DNA of 63,943 nucleotides, filler included, from Octopus bimaculoides (lineage: Eukaryota), in assembly GCF_001194135.2 (NCBI RefSeq). It is 7 parts of 7 records of this genome, joined end to end, with 100 filler letters (N's around TTAATTAATTAA, not from the genome) between each part and the next. Parts side by side here need not be neighbours in the genome. Positions count along the whole stretch, not along the records: positions 20,975 to 28,684 come from NC_069009.1; positions 28,785 to 39,844 come from NC_068997.1; 5 more parts are not named here. One strand, given 5' to 3'. The translations under genes were made by a program, and so were the position numbers. The notes under the pieces were generated by a model. It ran no database searches. It was not told where the DNA came from and was given only the letters and a program-made list of their open reading frames with translations. Positions within the stretch are counted from its first letter, which is position 1. Every line of letters begins with the position of its first letter. This document shows positions 22,671 to 36,285 of this stretch, piece by piece.

Positions 22671-23429
22671 TATAAAAATAAAGAACAATTTAATTTTCTT
22701 GTTGGAATAGAAATAAATACCATTGTTGTGCGCACGTGTGCCTGTGTGTGTGTATGTGCATGTGTGTGTGTGTGCGTGTGTGTGATGTGCATGTGTGTGT
22801 ATGTGCATTGTGTGTGTATGTGCATATGTGTGCATGTGCGTGTGTGTGTGTGTATGTGCATGTGTGTGTGTATGTGCATGTGTGTGTATGTGTATGTGCA
22901 TGTGTGTGTGTGTGTGCATGTGTATGTGCATGTGTGTGTGTGTGTGCATGTATGCATATTTGTGTGTATAGACATTGTGTGTGCATACATATATCGCATG
23001 CATGTTTCCATAACGTTATCATGGATGATGTGTGTTTCAAGTTGCTTCGTTTCCTCTTCAATTCTTTGTACTGTTTTAACAATCATTTCGTTTCTATCAA
23101 AACTGTTTCGCAAGTTCTGCTTCAGCGTTTTCTTGTTTGAAGTTGATTTAAAATATTAATTTTCATTTCCAGAGAATTTAATTGTCTTGACATTTAAACA
23201 TTCAACGTTCAATCTCGAAAACATTTAAGAAAATATAGAAATTAATTCTGACTCTAGCGTTCGTTTAGAGTGCCGTCAGTCTTGCTATGGAAGAAACGAA
23301 ATGAATGGGAAATGAAAAGAAAATAAAGCTCTGACATAAAATGGAATGGAAACAACAAAACGCGAAAAGTGCATAAACTAAGAGAGAACTTGCTCAGCCG
23401 CGCGTGCACACGCGTACAAATACATATAT

Positions 23430-23465
<36 letters not shown>

Positions 23466-24051
23466 CTGTTTGACTCAGTTTCTTGGGCGTAGGAAATGTT
23501 ATATGTAATATCNNNNNNNNNNNNNNNNNNNNNNNNNNNNNNNNNNNNNNNNNNNNNNNNNNNNNNNNNNNNNNNNNNNNNNNNNNNNNNNNNNNNNNNN
23601 NNNNNNNNNNNNNNNNNNNNNNNNNNNNNNNNNNNNNNNNNNNNNNNNNNNNNNNNNNNNNNNNNNNNNNNNNNNNNNNNNNNNNNNNNNNNNNNNNNNN
23701 NNNNNNNNNNNNNNNNNNNNNNNNNNNNNNNNNNNNNNNNNNNNNNNNNNNNNNNNNNNNNNNNNNNNNNNNNNNNNNNNNNNNNNNNNNNNNNNNNNNN
23801 NNNNNNNNNNNNNNNNNNNNNNNNNNNNNNNNNNNNNNNNNNNNNNNNNNNNNNNNNNNNNNNNNNNNNNNNNNNNNNNNNNNNNNNNNNNNNNNNNNNN
23901 NNNNNNNNNNNNNNNNNNNNNNNNNNNNNNNNNNNNNNNNNNNNNNNNNNNNNNNNNNNNNNNNNNNNNNNNNNNNNNNNNNNNNNNNNNNNNNNNNNNN
24001 NNNNNNNNNNNNNNNNNNNNNNNNNNNNNNNNNNNNNNNNNNNNNNNNNNN

Positions 24052-24849
24052 CAGCGTTTCCTTGACGGTGAGCTGGTGTGGTCACCGTTTGTCGGACACG
24101 CTTTTCCACAGCACGTCTCTTTGATTGAGCTGCAAACCTAGATTAGGCGTACACCGAGGATGGTGGGGAGGCGAGTAATGCGGTCGGTGGAAGTTCTCTC
24201 TAGCGTTCTATAGAGGGCTAGTTGAGGGAAGGTGCGACGACGTTCTCGAGGAAACTCGGGGAGTCGATGAAGATCAACTAACCGGTCTGTTTTGGAGAAC
24301 TTTCGGGCCTGGACCTATGGATAACTTCCAGAAATCCCTTGCCTGACAGTGCTACCGACGGGCGCTCCCTGTTCGGGATAAACTTTACAGGCATGGAAGT
24401 TCCGTCAGCCAGTCGTGCCCGAGAAGCGCCCAGAACGATGAAACTGTTCTACACGCCCTAGTCCAGTGCCCGAGTATTGCTGACCTGTGGTTTTATGTCG
24501 AACACCTGCTGTCGCGTGTAGGACGGATCCGGTTACCAACTGAATCCATTGTGAAGATTGCTCCGCCGCCCTCTTTTGGCCGGGAGAGGCAGGCAATTTT
24601 TATTTGTCTAGTGGGTGTAGCGAAAGAGATAGTCTAGTGGACCCGTTTGACACTTTCCTCTTTGGTCAAGCCTTCATCAACTTTTCAGGTTTCCCTGCAA
24701 AGGAGGTTGAGGGGGGGGAGAAGGAAGTGTTGCCTTGTAGCCAGTTTGTTGAAAGGTCGGGGAATTGTATCTTCCTGTTTTTGTCTTTTATGTTGTTGCA
24801 TGTCCTTTAATGTTATTGAATGTGAACCCTTGTGGCTAATAAAAGAATA

Positions 24850-24881
<32 letters not shown>
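24052..24881 (+). pseudogene. Tx1/L1-clade LINE 3' end with zf-RVT domain, 3' UTR and (ATT)n tail
   Basis: Frame from 24203: FYRGLVEG..FQKSLA*QCYRRALPVRDKL..CPRSAQNDETVLHALVQCPSIADLW; AATAAA then (ATT)10. Confidence 0.85.
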
Positions 24882-24883
<2 letters not shown>

Positions 24884-25300
24884 CTCTTTACTCTTTTACT
24901 TGTTTCAGTCATTTGACTGCGGCCATACTGGAGCACCGCCTTTAGTCGAGCAAATCGACCCCAGGACTTATTCTTTGTAAGCCTAGTACTTATTCTATCA
25001 GTCTCTTTTGCCGAACCGCTAAGTTACGGGGACGTAAACACACCACCATCGGTTGTCAAGTGATGTTGGGAGGGGACAAACACAGACACACAAACATACA
25101 CACACACATACATATATATATATATACATATACATACGACGGGCTTCTTTCAGTTTCCGTCTACCAAATCCACTCACAAGACTTTGGTCGGCCCGAGGCT
25201 ATAGTAGAAGAAACTTACCCAAGGTGCCATGCAGTGGGACTGAACCCGGAACCATGTGGTTGGTAAGCAAGCTACTTACCACACAGCCACTCCTGCGCCT
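24882..25300 (-). mobile_element. Full-length CORE-type SINE with (AAGAGTA)n tail
   Basis: Complete head, CORE-like block, central microsatellite and tail. Confidence 0.92.
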
Positions 25301-25675
25301 ATTATATAAATCAATATTTACACACTGATGACCCTTCCTACCTTTTAATTACACAATTTCGTCTTTGTGTTTGTTCTTTGTTTGACTTTTAAATCCAATC
25401 TATTTCTCTGAAATCGATTATTTTTACTCTCTCCTCATATATTCCGGATTACAATACATAAGCACATACAAACACAAGTATATCTACGTATGTATTTATA
25501 TACACGCATATATATGTATGCTTATAAGTATGCATTGATGTGTGTCTGTGTATGTATGTGATGTATACACGCACTTACACCCGCACATATATAGACATAT
25601 GTACGTATATATGTATAAATACTCATTTATGTGTATATATATCCATATATGTATGTGTATTTCTTCATATGTACA

Positions 25676-25785
<110 letters not shown>

Positions 25786-28684
25786 ATGTATATGTGTATA
25801 TACACCTCTTTAATCTATATACACTCTTACAGCAGTTCCTCAAATACTTTACTATTTTAGTTGGAAGTTAATCTCTTCACCGATAACAGCAGTTAGATTG
25901 TTTTTTGTTTTCTTTTTTTCTTTTTGCTGTTCATTGTTTCCCATCCCCTCTTATTCGAACATTTTCAATCGATATTTTCTAATCAGTTTATTTATTGCAA
26001 TTAAGTGATTTCCTTACATATTTATATCTCAATAACATCTCGTTATAGTCTCAATGAAATCTCGTTATAGTTCTCTCCACACCCCTTCCGCTCGGTTCTC
26101 TTCTGCCGGTAAGAGTTAAGATCATGCTTTTGTTAACAAGTGGTTTTGTGTTCAGTCCAACTGCGCCCCACCTTGGACATGTACGCGAGTATATTCTCCA
26201 ATTGCCGGCGACAACCAATGCTTTCTGTGTAAATTTAATAGAATGAAAGTGTGGAAGCCCGTCGTGCGTTGGTTTTTTTTTACACGCACACAGACACCGT
26301 CGATTTGTTTACGTAAACAAACCAACGCCCGTTGTGAAGCGAGAGAGAAAACAAGCATATACGCGCGCGCGGACTCGACGGCCCTGCACACACTTTCCGT
26401 CTACCAACTTCACTCACTAGGTATTATTTGGACGTAGCAAGGAGTAGAAAATATGTAGAGAATCAACAGAAGCAGAGAGAGGTGGTGGAGTGAGAGATAG
26501 AAAAGAAGAGATGTAGAAGAAATGAGAATAGTAGTGCAAGGGTGACCTCACTCTGCTCTTCATCTCCCCACCCCACTTTCTCTTCTTCCTTTCCATCGCA
26601 ATAGATATTCCACCCCTTCTAGCTACGAGCTCCTCTCCTCGTCTATGAGGCGATTTTCACTGCCCTAGACCAAATATAAATGGTGAATTTTTTCGTAATA
26701 TTTACAGTTTGAAATGTTTTTTTACTGAGGAAGATATTGTATAAGAGATGAAGGGATGAGCTAAAACGTGCGTATAAAATCCATTCAAAGTAGTATTATT
26801 TGATCTGACTTCATAATAATCATTATTATAATTGCGTATAGTTCTTTTATTGAACTCAAGTTTTTCTCGCTTCTCGATCATGTGTATATGTATGTATGTG
26901 TATGTATGTATGTATGTATGTATGTATACGTATGCTTTTACGTATATATGTGGGTGTTTTAATGTAAGTATGTATGTAATGTCATTATATAAAAATTGCC
27001 TTTGTGTCTCTAAATATGTATGTAGTGAATTCCTGTAGCTAACTGGCTAGAGGGTATTCGCCTAAAGATCCTAAGGTCGTGGGTTCGATATTTGGCTGTT
27101 CTGTTGATCATACCAACTGAAACACTCGTCGTCATAACCGACGGAGTACCGGTTAAATGTGTGTGTGGTTGCGTAGAGGGGACGTTGAAGCGTTTCGTCT
27201 GTTTATCTTCATAAATGGTTCAAACATTAACAATAAAGTCCACCCTAGTTTCGGTGTTGATGAATTAATATATAGGATGAGTTGAAGACATAGCTGCCGT
27301 CTCACCTGTGTCCTGTCCTCACCCCACCTCACCCACGTCTGATATTACTTTCACCCTTCTCATTCCTCTTACCGCTACTCCTATTGTTACCAATGCTGCA
27401 GATACGAATTCTTTTCCTCTTCCCTCCCCCTCTCCCTCTCTTTCAGTCTCTCCTCTTACTGCTACGCTACAATTCTTAACGTCGTTCCATTTATAATAAT
27501 TCTCTTATGTCGTCTCGTGTCGTCTGCATCTACGACCCACACGCCATTTCTGCTTTGGATTACACTTTTCTGTTTCTTTCTCTCGCTTCTTCTTCTTTTT
27601 CTTTCTTCTACTATTTCCTTCATCTTCCTTTTGCCTTCAATTTTTTCTGTATCTTTCCTCCAATTCTTTCTTTAACAAGATCAACCTTCTTTTCATTTTC
27701 TTTTCTTCCTTCTACTTCTCTCAACCCCCTTTTTTCCTTCTATTTTATTCTTAATCTTTCGTCCAACTCCTTCGTCGACAAAATTTTCTTTTTCCTTCTT
27801 CTTTGAACCCCCCCCCCATTTCCCTTCGTTTTCCTTCTATTCTTTCTCTTTCCTCCTTCTCCAACGTGATCTTTCCCCTTCTTTCCCATCCTCTTCGTTA
27901 TTTTCATCATTATAGAACTATATCTTGTACATAGTATGGTGTGTGATGTGGTGCTATTTCTAGCTTTCCAGTGATAACAAGGAGACCGAAGATACCTCTA
28001 GTTAGTCTTTCAACCTTCAAGAAATAGCAGCCAATTCTACTCAAATTTCTTACTCTACCCACCAGGGTTCTCTTATGACGTTCTCCATCAGAAGTTCGCT
28101 GGATCTGGGATGGTCTAAAGACCTACCAACCATAGCCACTAATACTAACTACTGTATGTTCGATAATGTAGCCCTAGATACACTATGTCTGAATATAAGA
28201 TGGGATGGTCACGGCTGGAAAAGCTTTAATCATTGGTCTGACCTGGAGCTAAACAACTACAACTATAACCACTAATAATAACTATTGTACTATACACATT
28301 TGGTAATGTATTCCTAGATACACTGTGTCTAAATTAAAGATGAGGCAGTCACAACTGGAACATCTTTCGTTATAGGTCTGCTGGATCAGGACTGACCTAG
28401 GGCTAAACTACTACTACTACCATGAAACAAGAAGATCTAGTAAGAAAAAGAATGTGAGCGGGTATCGGGTAGCATGTGGGGGGGGTGGGGGTGTTAAGGA
28501 TTTGTCTCTGAGGAAACGAATAAGAAAAAAAAAAAAGAAAACAGAAACCTAAAAAAAAGACGCCGGGTGGACAGCTGTATGATAATGAAGGGTTGAATGT
28601 GGGGTGGATCGAGGTCAAGATTTCATTTGTGACGTCATCGTTGCTTCGCATGGCCGCACACTGGTGTACTTCGTAATTCTTGAG

Positions 28685-28784
28685 NNNNNNNNNNNNNNNN
28701 NNNNNNNNNNNNNNNNNNNNNNNNNNNNTTAATTAATTAANNNNNNNNNNNNNNNNNNNNNNNNNNNNNNNNNNNNNNNNNNNN
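28685..28784. other. Artificial scaffold linker
   Basis: TTAATTAATTAA at 28729-28740. Confidence 0.95.
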
Positions 28785-28838
<54 letters not shown>

Positions 28839-29024
28839 CACACACGCACCCACGCATGAGCACACACATTATATGGCTGTAACACGACGTGACCCGAACT
28901 GGCGAATAAAGGCATAGCATCTAGAAACCATCTTGTCTTCGTCTAATATCCGTTAATCTTCTTCCGTTATCTGATGAGGTGGGTTCGTCCTACGCACTCA
29001 TGTATGATGCTGAATCAAACTATA

Positions 29025-29141
<117 letters not shown>

Positions 29142-29229
29142 TATACATATAGATAGATAGATAGATGTGTCTGTAAAAATATGTGACAAGTATTCGGTAG
29201 CCATGATGTCTACTGAATAATTGTCGCAT

Positions 29230-30220
29230 ATTCTTACAGATAAATTCCTCTATTTACATAACATCATTAGTGAAACGTGTGGTCGAGCATTGTCATGAAG
29301 AATGATTGGCCCTCTTCTGTTGACCAGTCTGGGACGGAGGAGTAGCAGTTTTTCGTTCATTTTGGCAATGTCATGGCTATATGTTTCTGCAGTAACGGTT
29401 TTTCAGGGATTTAAGAAGTTATAGTGGATGAGTCTAGTAGTACACCACCAAACAATCACCATAACCTTCTTTTTGAAGAGCTCGGGGAAGGTTTTCGGTG
29501 CTTCATTTTGGTCCAACCACTGCGAAGAACATTTTTTATTATTGTACAGAATCCACTTTTCGTCGCAAGTTACAATACGGTCGAGAAATAGATCGGTCTT
29601 GTTACGGAGAAGAAGCGACGAGCAAATTTCATATCTGTGCATTTTCAGATTTTCATTTANNNNNNNNNNNNNNNNNNNNNNNNNNNNNNNNNNNNNNNNN
29701 NNNNNNNNNNNNNNNNNNNNNNNNNNNNNNNNNNNNNNNNNNNNNNNNNNNNNNNNNNNNNNNNNNNNNNNNNNNNNNNNNNNNNNCTTGAAGTTCTTTT
29801 GCCAGTTTTCGAGTGGTCTTACGTGGATCTTTCTCAATGACGGTCTTTAATTGACCGTCATCGATGGCAGATGGCCGTCCACTACGCTCACGATCTTCAA
29901 GGCTCAGATCTCCAATGCAAAATCATTTAAACCATTTTCGAGCTGACCACTCGCTGGTCATTTCCTCACCAAACGTTTCCTTGATATCGTGAGCAGTTTC
30001 AGTTGTTTTGCGTCCATTTTTGAAGTTGAATAGCAAAACTGCTTGAATATAGCACTTCGACAGTTCCATTTCAGATGATTGTAACTACGGTAAAAAAAAA
30101 AAATTAATGTTAATTTATTGATGCATTTGGGCAAATCTATGTCTAATATTATCAGACAATTGCAAAAAAATGTTTAAAAAAAATTCAAAACGCTGCAAAA
30201 ATCCGGTACAAATTCTTCGT
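29230..30220 (-). pseudogene. Mariner-family DD34D transposase remnant
   Basis: HTH region FNFKNGRK..FGEE..RKWF..SLEDRERSGRP, then RIVTCDEKWILYNN, KKVMVIVWW and ILHDNARPH; stops and a gap are present. Confidence 0.92.
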
Positions 30221-30719
30221 GGTTCAAAACGTTGCTTACTTTTTACTCAACCCCAGTGGGTCCGAACTCGGTACCATGTGGTTGGGAAGCATGCTTCTTA
30301 CCACCCAGCCACGGCTGTATAACAATCCCGCACCCCTCCATCAATATACTCAACTTCCTTATCGTGCTTTCATTCATATATATACACAATATATACCCCC
30401 TTCTCCGAGTTTCGTCTTACTATAACAGACAACGCACACACGTACAAACAGTTTACAGAGCCAACTATTAATCACGCCCACTTAACACGCTCTCTCACTC
30501 ACTCTCTCTCTCTTTCTCTCTGTGACACGCACACGTTCACATTTTCTCCCTCTCTCTGTTTCACCTTCCTCTCACGGAGCGTAATATATGCAGGATGCGG
30601 CCAAAAAACCTCCCACATTATATATATACTCATGTATGTGTTTTTTGCCGCACTGTATATAAAGATTAATATAAATATACATACACATACATACAATAAA
30701 GACAAATATACGTGTGTAC

Positions 30720-30752
<33 letters not shown>

Positions 30753-31223
30753 TGTGGGTGTGTGTGTGCGTGTGTGAATGAGAGAGAGCGAGACAGGAGA
30801 CAGACATGCTCCGCCCATTTCCTGCTGTCTTTCCCCCACAACTTAATATTTACATTAACTCCGCCTACTTTATCTCCCTTCGTTATTTCATAACTCTTAC
30901 CATCGCCTCTAAACCCACCTCTGATGGCGTTATAAAGTTATTAATTTCATTCTCCCTTTGTCTTCCGCTCTCTCTCTCTCTCTCTCTCTCAATTTCTTTC
31001 TCTTTCTCTTTCCCTCTCTAATCACTTTTCCTCGTCACTTGCTCACCCTTTCTCTTTCTTTCTTTCTTTCTCTATTTCACTCTCATTAATAGTCTCACAC
31101 ACACACACACACCCCACAGACATACGTGTGTATAATCTTACATGATATATTTACACATATATGTATATATATCACTACATAATACATATACATACATATT
31201 ACAATCACAAACATATATATGTG

Positions 31224-31255
<32 letters not shown>

Positions 31256-31399
31256 AACACAAAGATTATATACATTGCATATTGAAAGCCGTAGCGATTA
31301 TCGGACGCAGAATACAAACGGAATACGAATTCTCCTCTTCTCATGTCTCAAAACACAAGCGCATATCTCTATCTCTATCTGTATATATACATAATATAC

Positions 31400-31850
31400 A
31401 GGCATGGCTGTGTGGTAAGAAGCTTGCTTCCCAACCACATGGTTCCGGGTTCAGTTCCACTGCGTGGCGCCTTGGGCAAGTGTCTTNNNNNNNNNNGTTC
31501 AGTTCCACTGCGTGGCGCCTTGGGCAAGTGTCTTCTACTATAGCCTCAGGCCGACCAAAGCCTTCTGAGTGGATTTGGTAGACGGAAACTTAAGGAAGAC
31601 CGTCGTATATATAATATATATATATATATATTTATGTATATGTTTGTGTGTCCGTGTTTGTTCCACCACCACCACCACCATCGCTTTACACCCGATGTTG
31701 GTGTGTTTACGTCCCCATAATTTAGTGTTTCGGCAACAAGACCGATAGAATAAGTACTAGGCTTACAAAGAATTAATTCTGGGGTCACTTTGTTCGACTA
31801 AAGGTGGTGCTCCAGCATGGCTGCAGTTAATTGACTGAAACAAATAAAAA
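31400..31850 (+). mobile_element. CORE-type SINE (short duplication across a 10-N gap)
   Basis: GGCATGGCTGTGTGGTAAG..TCCAGCATGGCTGCAG. Confidence 0.85.
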
Positions 31851-32009
31851 AAATTATATAAATATATATATATAGACATATATAATCCAAAAGGAGTGAA
31901 GTGATATTGTATGCGTTATTCCGTACGCTTACAGCTGTTTCATAATCTTTTTCGTAATATCATGAACATTACATTAATATCAACACAGACATGAAATATA
32001 CATACATAC

Positions 32010-32063
<54 letters not shown>

Positions 32064-33384
32064 CGGGTGTAGCAAAGCTCAGGATGAGTATTCTACACAA
32101 TACATNNNNNNNNNNNNNNNNNNNNNNNNNNNNNNNNNNNNNNNNNNNNNNNNNNNNNNNNNNNNNNNNNNNNNNNNNNNNNNNNNNNNNNNNNNNNNNN
32201 NNNNNNNNNNNNNNNNNNNNNNNNNNNNNNNNNNNNNNNNNNNNNNNNNNNNNNNNNNNNNNNNNNNNNNNNNNNNNNNNNNNNNNNNNNNNNNNNNNNN
32301 NNNNNNNNNNNNNNNNNNNNNNNNNNNNNNNNNNNNNNNNNNNNNNNNNNNNNNNNNNNNNNNNNNNNNNNNNNNNNNNNNNNNNNNNNNNNNNNNNNNN
32401 NNNNNNNNNNNNNNNNNNNNNNNNNNNNNNNNNNNNNNNNNNNNNNNNNNNNNNNNNNNNNNNNNNNNNNNNNNNNNNNNNNNNNNNNNNNNNNNNNNNN
32501 NNNNNNNNNNNNNNNNNNNNNNNNNNNNNNNNNNNNNNNNNNNNNNNNNNNNNNNNNNNNNNNNNNNNNNNNNNNNNNNNNNNNNNNNNNNNNNNNNNNN
32601 NNNNNNNNNNNNNNNNNNNNNNNNNNNNNNNNNNNNNNNNNNNNNNNNNNNNNNNNNNNNNNNNNNNNNNNNNNNNNNNNNNNNNNNNNNNNNNNNNNNN
32701 NNNNNNNNNNNNNNNNNNNNNNNNNNNNNNNNNNNNNNNNNNNNNNNNNNNNNNNNNNNNNNNNNNNNNNNNNNNNNNNNNNNNNNNNNNNNNNNNNNNN
32801 NNNNNNNNNNNNNNNNNNNNNNNNNNNNNNNNNNNNNNNNNNNNNNNNNNNNNNNNNNNNNNNNNNNNNNNNNNNNNNNNNNNNNNNNNNNNNNNNNNNN
32901 NNNNNNNNNNNNNNNNNNNNNNNNNNNNNNNNNNNNNNNNNNNNNNNNNNNNNNNNNNNNNNNNNNNNNNNNNNNNNNNNNNNNNNNNNNNNNNNNNNNN
33001 NNNNNNNNNNNNNNNNNNNNGCATATGTGGACACAGGACGTCAACAAAAAAGTACGAAGCACGAGTACATGGAACATGAACTATTTTTTCGAACAAGGAA
33101 AGGCACAAATGGAAAACAAGACAAACAACATAAAGAACGACCCTTCATCAGGTGTTTGGCTGTTTTTCTAGTCTCGTATTTCGAGCATTTAACAACAATA
33201 TACGCTTTCGATAAAACAGTTGGCCCAAGCAAATCAAATAAAATTTGGGATTTTGCGGAGAGTCAAAATAGGTAACACAAACAGGACAGCGGAAACAAAC
33301 AGAAAGGGCTGCTAAGCCTAAACGAGGTTGTGATGGCGAACGCGTGAATCGAGCTTGGACAGGAGACAAACAAGGACGCGTCAT

Positions 33385-33660
33385 AGTTGTGTGGTAAGTA
33401 GCTTGCTTACGGACCACATGGTTCTGGGTTCAGTCCCACTGCGTGACACCTTCGCCAAGTGTCTGGCCGACCAAATCCTTATCAGTGGATTTGGTAAACA
33501 GAAACAGAAGGAAGCCCGTTGTATATATGTGTGTGTGTGTGTTTGTACCCCTACCCTCGCTTGACAACCGATGTTGGTGTGTTTACGTCCCCGTGATCTG
33601 GCGGTTCGGCAAAAGAGATCGATAGTATATGTACTAAGCTTACAAACAATAAGTCCCTTC
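33385..33660 (+). mobile_element. CORE-type SINE, partial
   Basis: GTGTGGTAAGTAGCTTGCTT..GGGTTCAGTCCCACTGCGTG. Confidence 0.8.
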
Positions 33661-35940
33661 GTTGCTAAAATTATTTAAATAGTATTAGTCGTTGACTAAT
33701 ATTGTCTTTTCCTCACCATATAATTAACGCTAATTAGCCAATTAATACTTCTTACATTAAACAGTTTAACTCCGACTCAACTATTGTTATAGACATACCA
33801 GTAATATCCTGAAATTGATTGAAATTCTATCAAATAATCTTATTTATTTTCTTTAATTTCTTGCCACAATTAGGAGCAATTAATATAATTAATTAAGGAT
33901 GAAGGAACGGGAGAGGCTGAAGAGGAAAAAATAAGGAGGAGTAGGAAAAATATATTGAATAAATATTAATTAACTTTGAATAAATGTAATCATTTTAATG
34001 AGCATAAAAATATTTCACTCATGGGTGACGATTCCCCACTGATATATATATATGTATAAGTGTATATATACCATACAGAGAGACAGACAGACATACGTTA
34101 CATACAATCATTTATGTGTGTGTGTATGTTCGTGTGTATATTTATATATATNNNNNNNNNNNNNNNNNNNNNNNNNNNNNNNNNNNNNNNNNNNNNNNNN
34201 NNNNNNNNNNNNNNNNNNNNNNNNNNNNNNNNNNNNNNNNNNNNNNNNNNNNNNNNNNNNNNNNNNNNNNNNNNNNNNNNNNNNNNNNNNNNNNNNNNNN
34301 NNNNNNNNNNNNNNNNNNNNNNNNNNNNNNNNNNNNNNNNNNNNNNNNNNNNNNNNNNNNNNNNNNNNNNNNNNNNNNNNNNNNNNNNNNNNNNNNNNNN
34401 NNNNNNNNNNNNNNNNNNNNNNNNNNNNNNNNNNNNNNNNNNNNNNNNNNNNNNNNNNNNNNNNNNNNNNNNNNNNNNNNNNNNNNNNNNNNNNNNNNNN
34501 NNNNNNNNNNNNNNNNNNNNNNNNNNNNNNNNNNNNNNNNNNNNNNNNNNNNNNNNNNNNNNNNNNNNNNNNNNNNNNNNNNNNNNNNNNNNNNNNNNNN
34601 NNNNNNNNNNNNNNNNNNNNNNNNNNNNNNNNNNNNNNNNNNNNNNNNNNNNNNNNNNNNNNNNNNNNNNNNNNNNNNNNNNNNNNNNNNNATATATAAA
34701 ATCCAAAAATGGGACAAGAACGCAAAACATCCAGACAGTCAGGTGATACAAAAAAGGGACAACAAACCATCCAGAGAGACGATACAAAGAAAGCAAGGGC
34801 GGATCATTCGGAGTTTTCTTTCCTCAGTCGAGTTCCAGATTATCTTTGGAATTTCGGCTGGTTATACTCGAGATTGCTCCAATCTGGCCAGCCTCAAGGA
34901 AAAAATTAAGCTAAGAGCATTAGATTCCTTGGAAGAAAGCAGCGAATGTATACGAAAAAAAGGACAGAAAAAAAAACAGAAATGTTACGCAAATACAAAT
35001 GCAATGAACAGGACATAACAACAGGTGTCTCTCGACTAAGGACGAATTAAATTAAGCTGACGTGTGTGGAAGTAAAGCCTTGCAGCAAGGACATAGGATT
35101 TAACAGGCACATGGAGGAATATAGACGTTGCACGGATGGTAGTCGAACCAAGAAAGTAAGGGCAGGCTTAGCCGAATACCGGTCACGTTGGGAGAGAAGA
35201 GAGAGAGGCAGAGGCAGAGGGATAGAAGACTGCAACATGTAAAACGAATGCTAAAATAAAAGAATCGCTGTCCGGTATGTCATTCTCGATATTGGTGTTC
35301 GAATGAATGATAAGATAAAGATTTTACGGCAGTTTAATAACATCAAGTTTAGCGTTCATAAATTATAAAGTCTCAAACGACCGAAACGAAAAAAACCAAA
35401 ACAAAACAAAACAAAAAAGAAAAGAAAATGGACAAAATGAAACAAGTGCCGTAGCCGTTATCTAAGTGGCTGGAACCAATAAAAGTCCAGATTGCATGTG
35501 TGTATGTGTGTGTGTGCGTGCGAGAGAGAAAGGTAGTGGTGTCGGTCGATGGAAATCGATACAGGTTGCGATGTAAATTGGTTATTAAGAATAAAAATTT
35601 TATAAAGAGAGATTAGTTTTTTAAAAATTTGATTTATGAAGCTAGACATGTTTGGGAGATAATTTGTTGTAACGAAGAAATTTAATTAACGAGATTAACT
35701 TAATTAAAGACAAATTAATTTTTTAAAGAACTATTTTTCCTTTCTTTTATTAATATCATCATCATCATCATCGTAATTATAATTTTTTTTTCTTTTCTTT
35801 CGATTTCCGAAACTGTAAATGACATGTCATGTTCCCGATATTGCTTCAGTAATATGTTGCGAAACAAGCTTTGATTTTTTTCTCTTAAATTTCTCCAAGT
35901 TACAGATAAATGGGTGTTTGTGTATGTATATGTGTGTGTG

Positions 35941-36285
35941 TGGAGGCGCAATGGCCCAGTGGTTAGGGCAACGGACTCGCGGTCGTAGAATCGTGGCTTC
36001 GATTCCCACACCGGGGCATTGTGAATGTTTATTGAGCGAAAACACCTAAAGCTCCACGAGGCTCTGGCAGGGGGTGGTGGTGACAAACCCTGCTGTACTC
36101 TTCCACCACAACTTTCTCTCACTCTTTCTGTTGTACCTGTATTTCAAAGGGACCAGCCTTGTCACACTCTGTGTCACGCTGAATCTCCCCGAGAACTACG
36201 GTAAAGGTACACGAGTCTGTGGAGTGCTCAGCCACTTGCACGTTAATTTCACGAGCAGGCTGTTCCGTTGACGGAATGCCAACAA
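35941..36285 (+). mobile_element. tRNA-derived SINE, family C
   Basis: GGAGGCGCAATGGCCCAGTGGTTAGGGC..TTCGATTCCC; body matches 5113-5501. Confidence 0.85.

Noticed and set aside
28971-29010. Hammerhead at CTGATGAGGTGGGTTCGTCCTACGCAC
   Set aside because: A stem II is possible, but GAAA is replaced by GCAC and stems I and III do not form.
31447-31535. Duplicated SINE segment
   Set aside because: The copies flank a 10-N gap; assembly artefact.
34805-34860. Permuted (type II) hammerhead on the minus strand
   Set aside because: No stem I can form between the UH site and CUGAGGA, and stem II has no partner.
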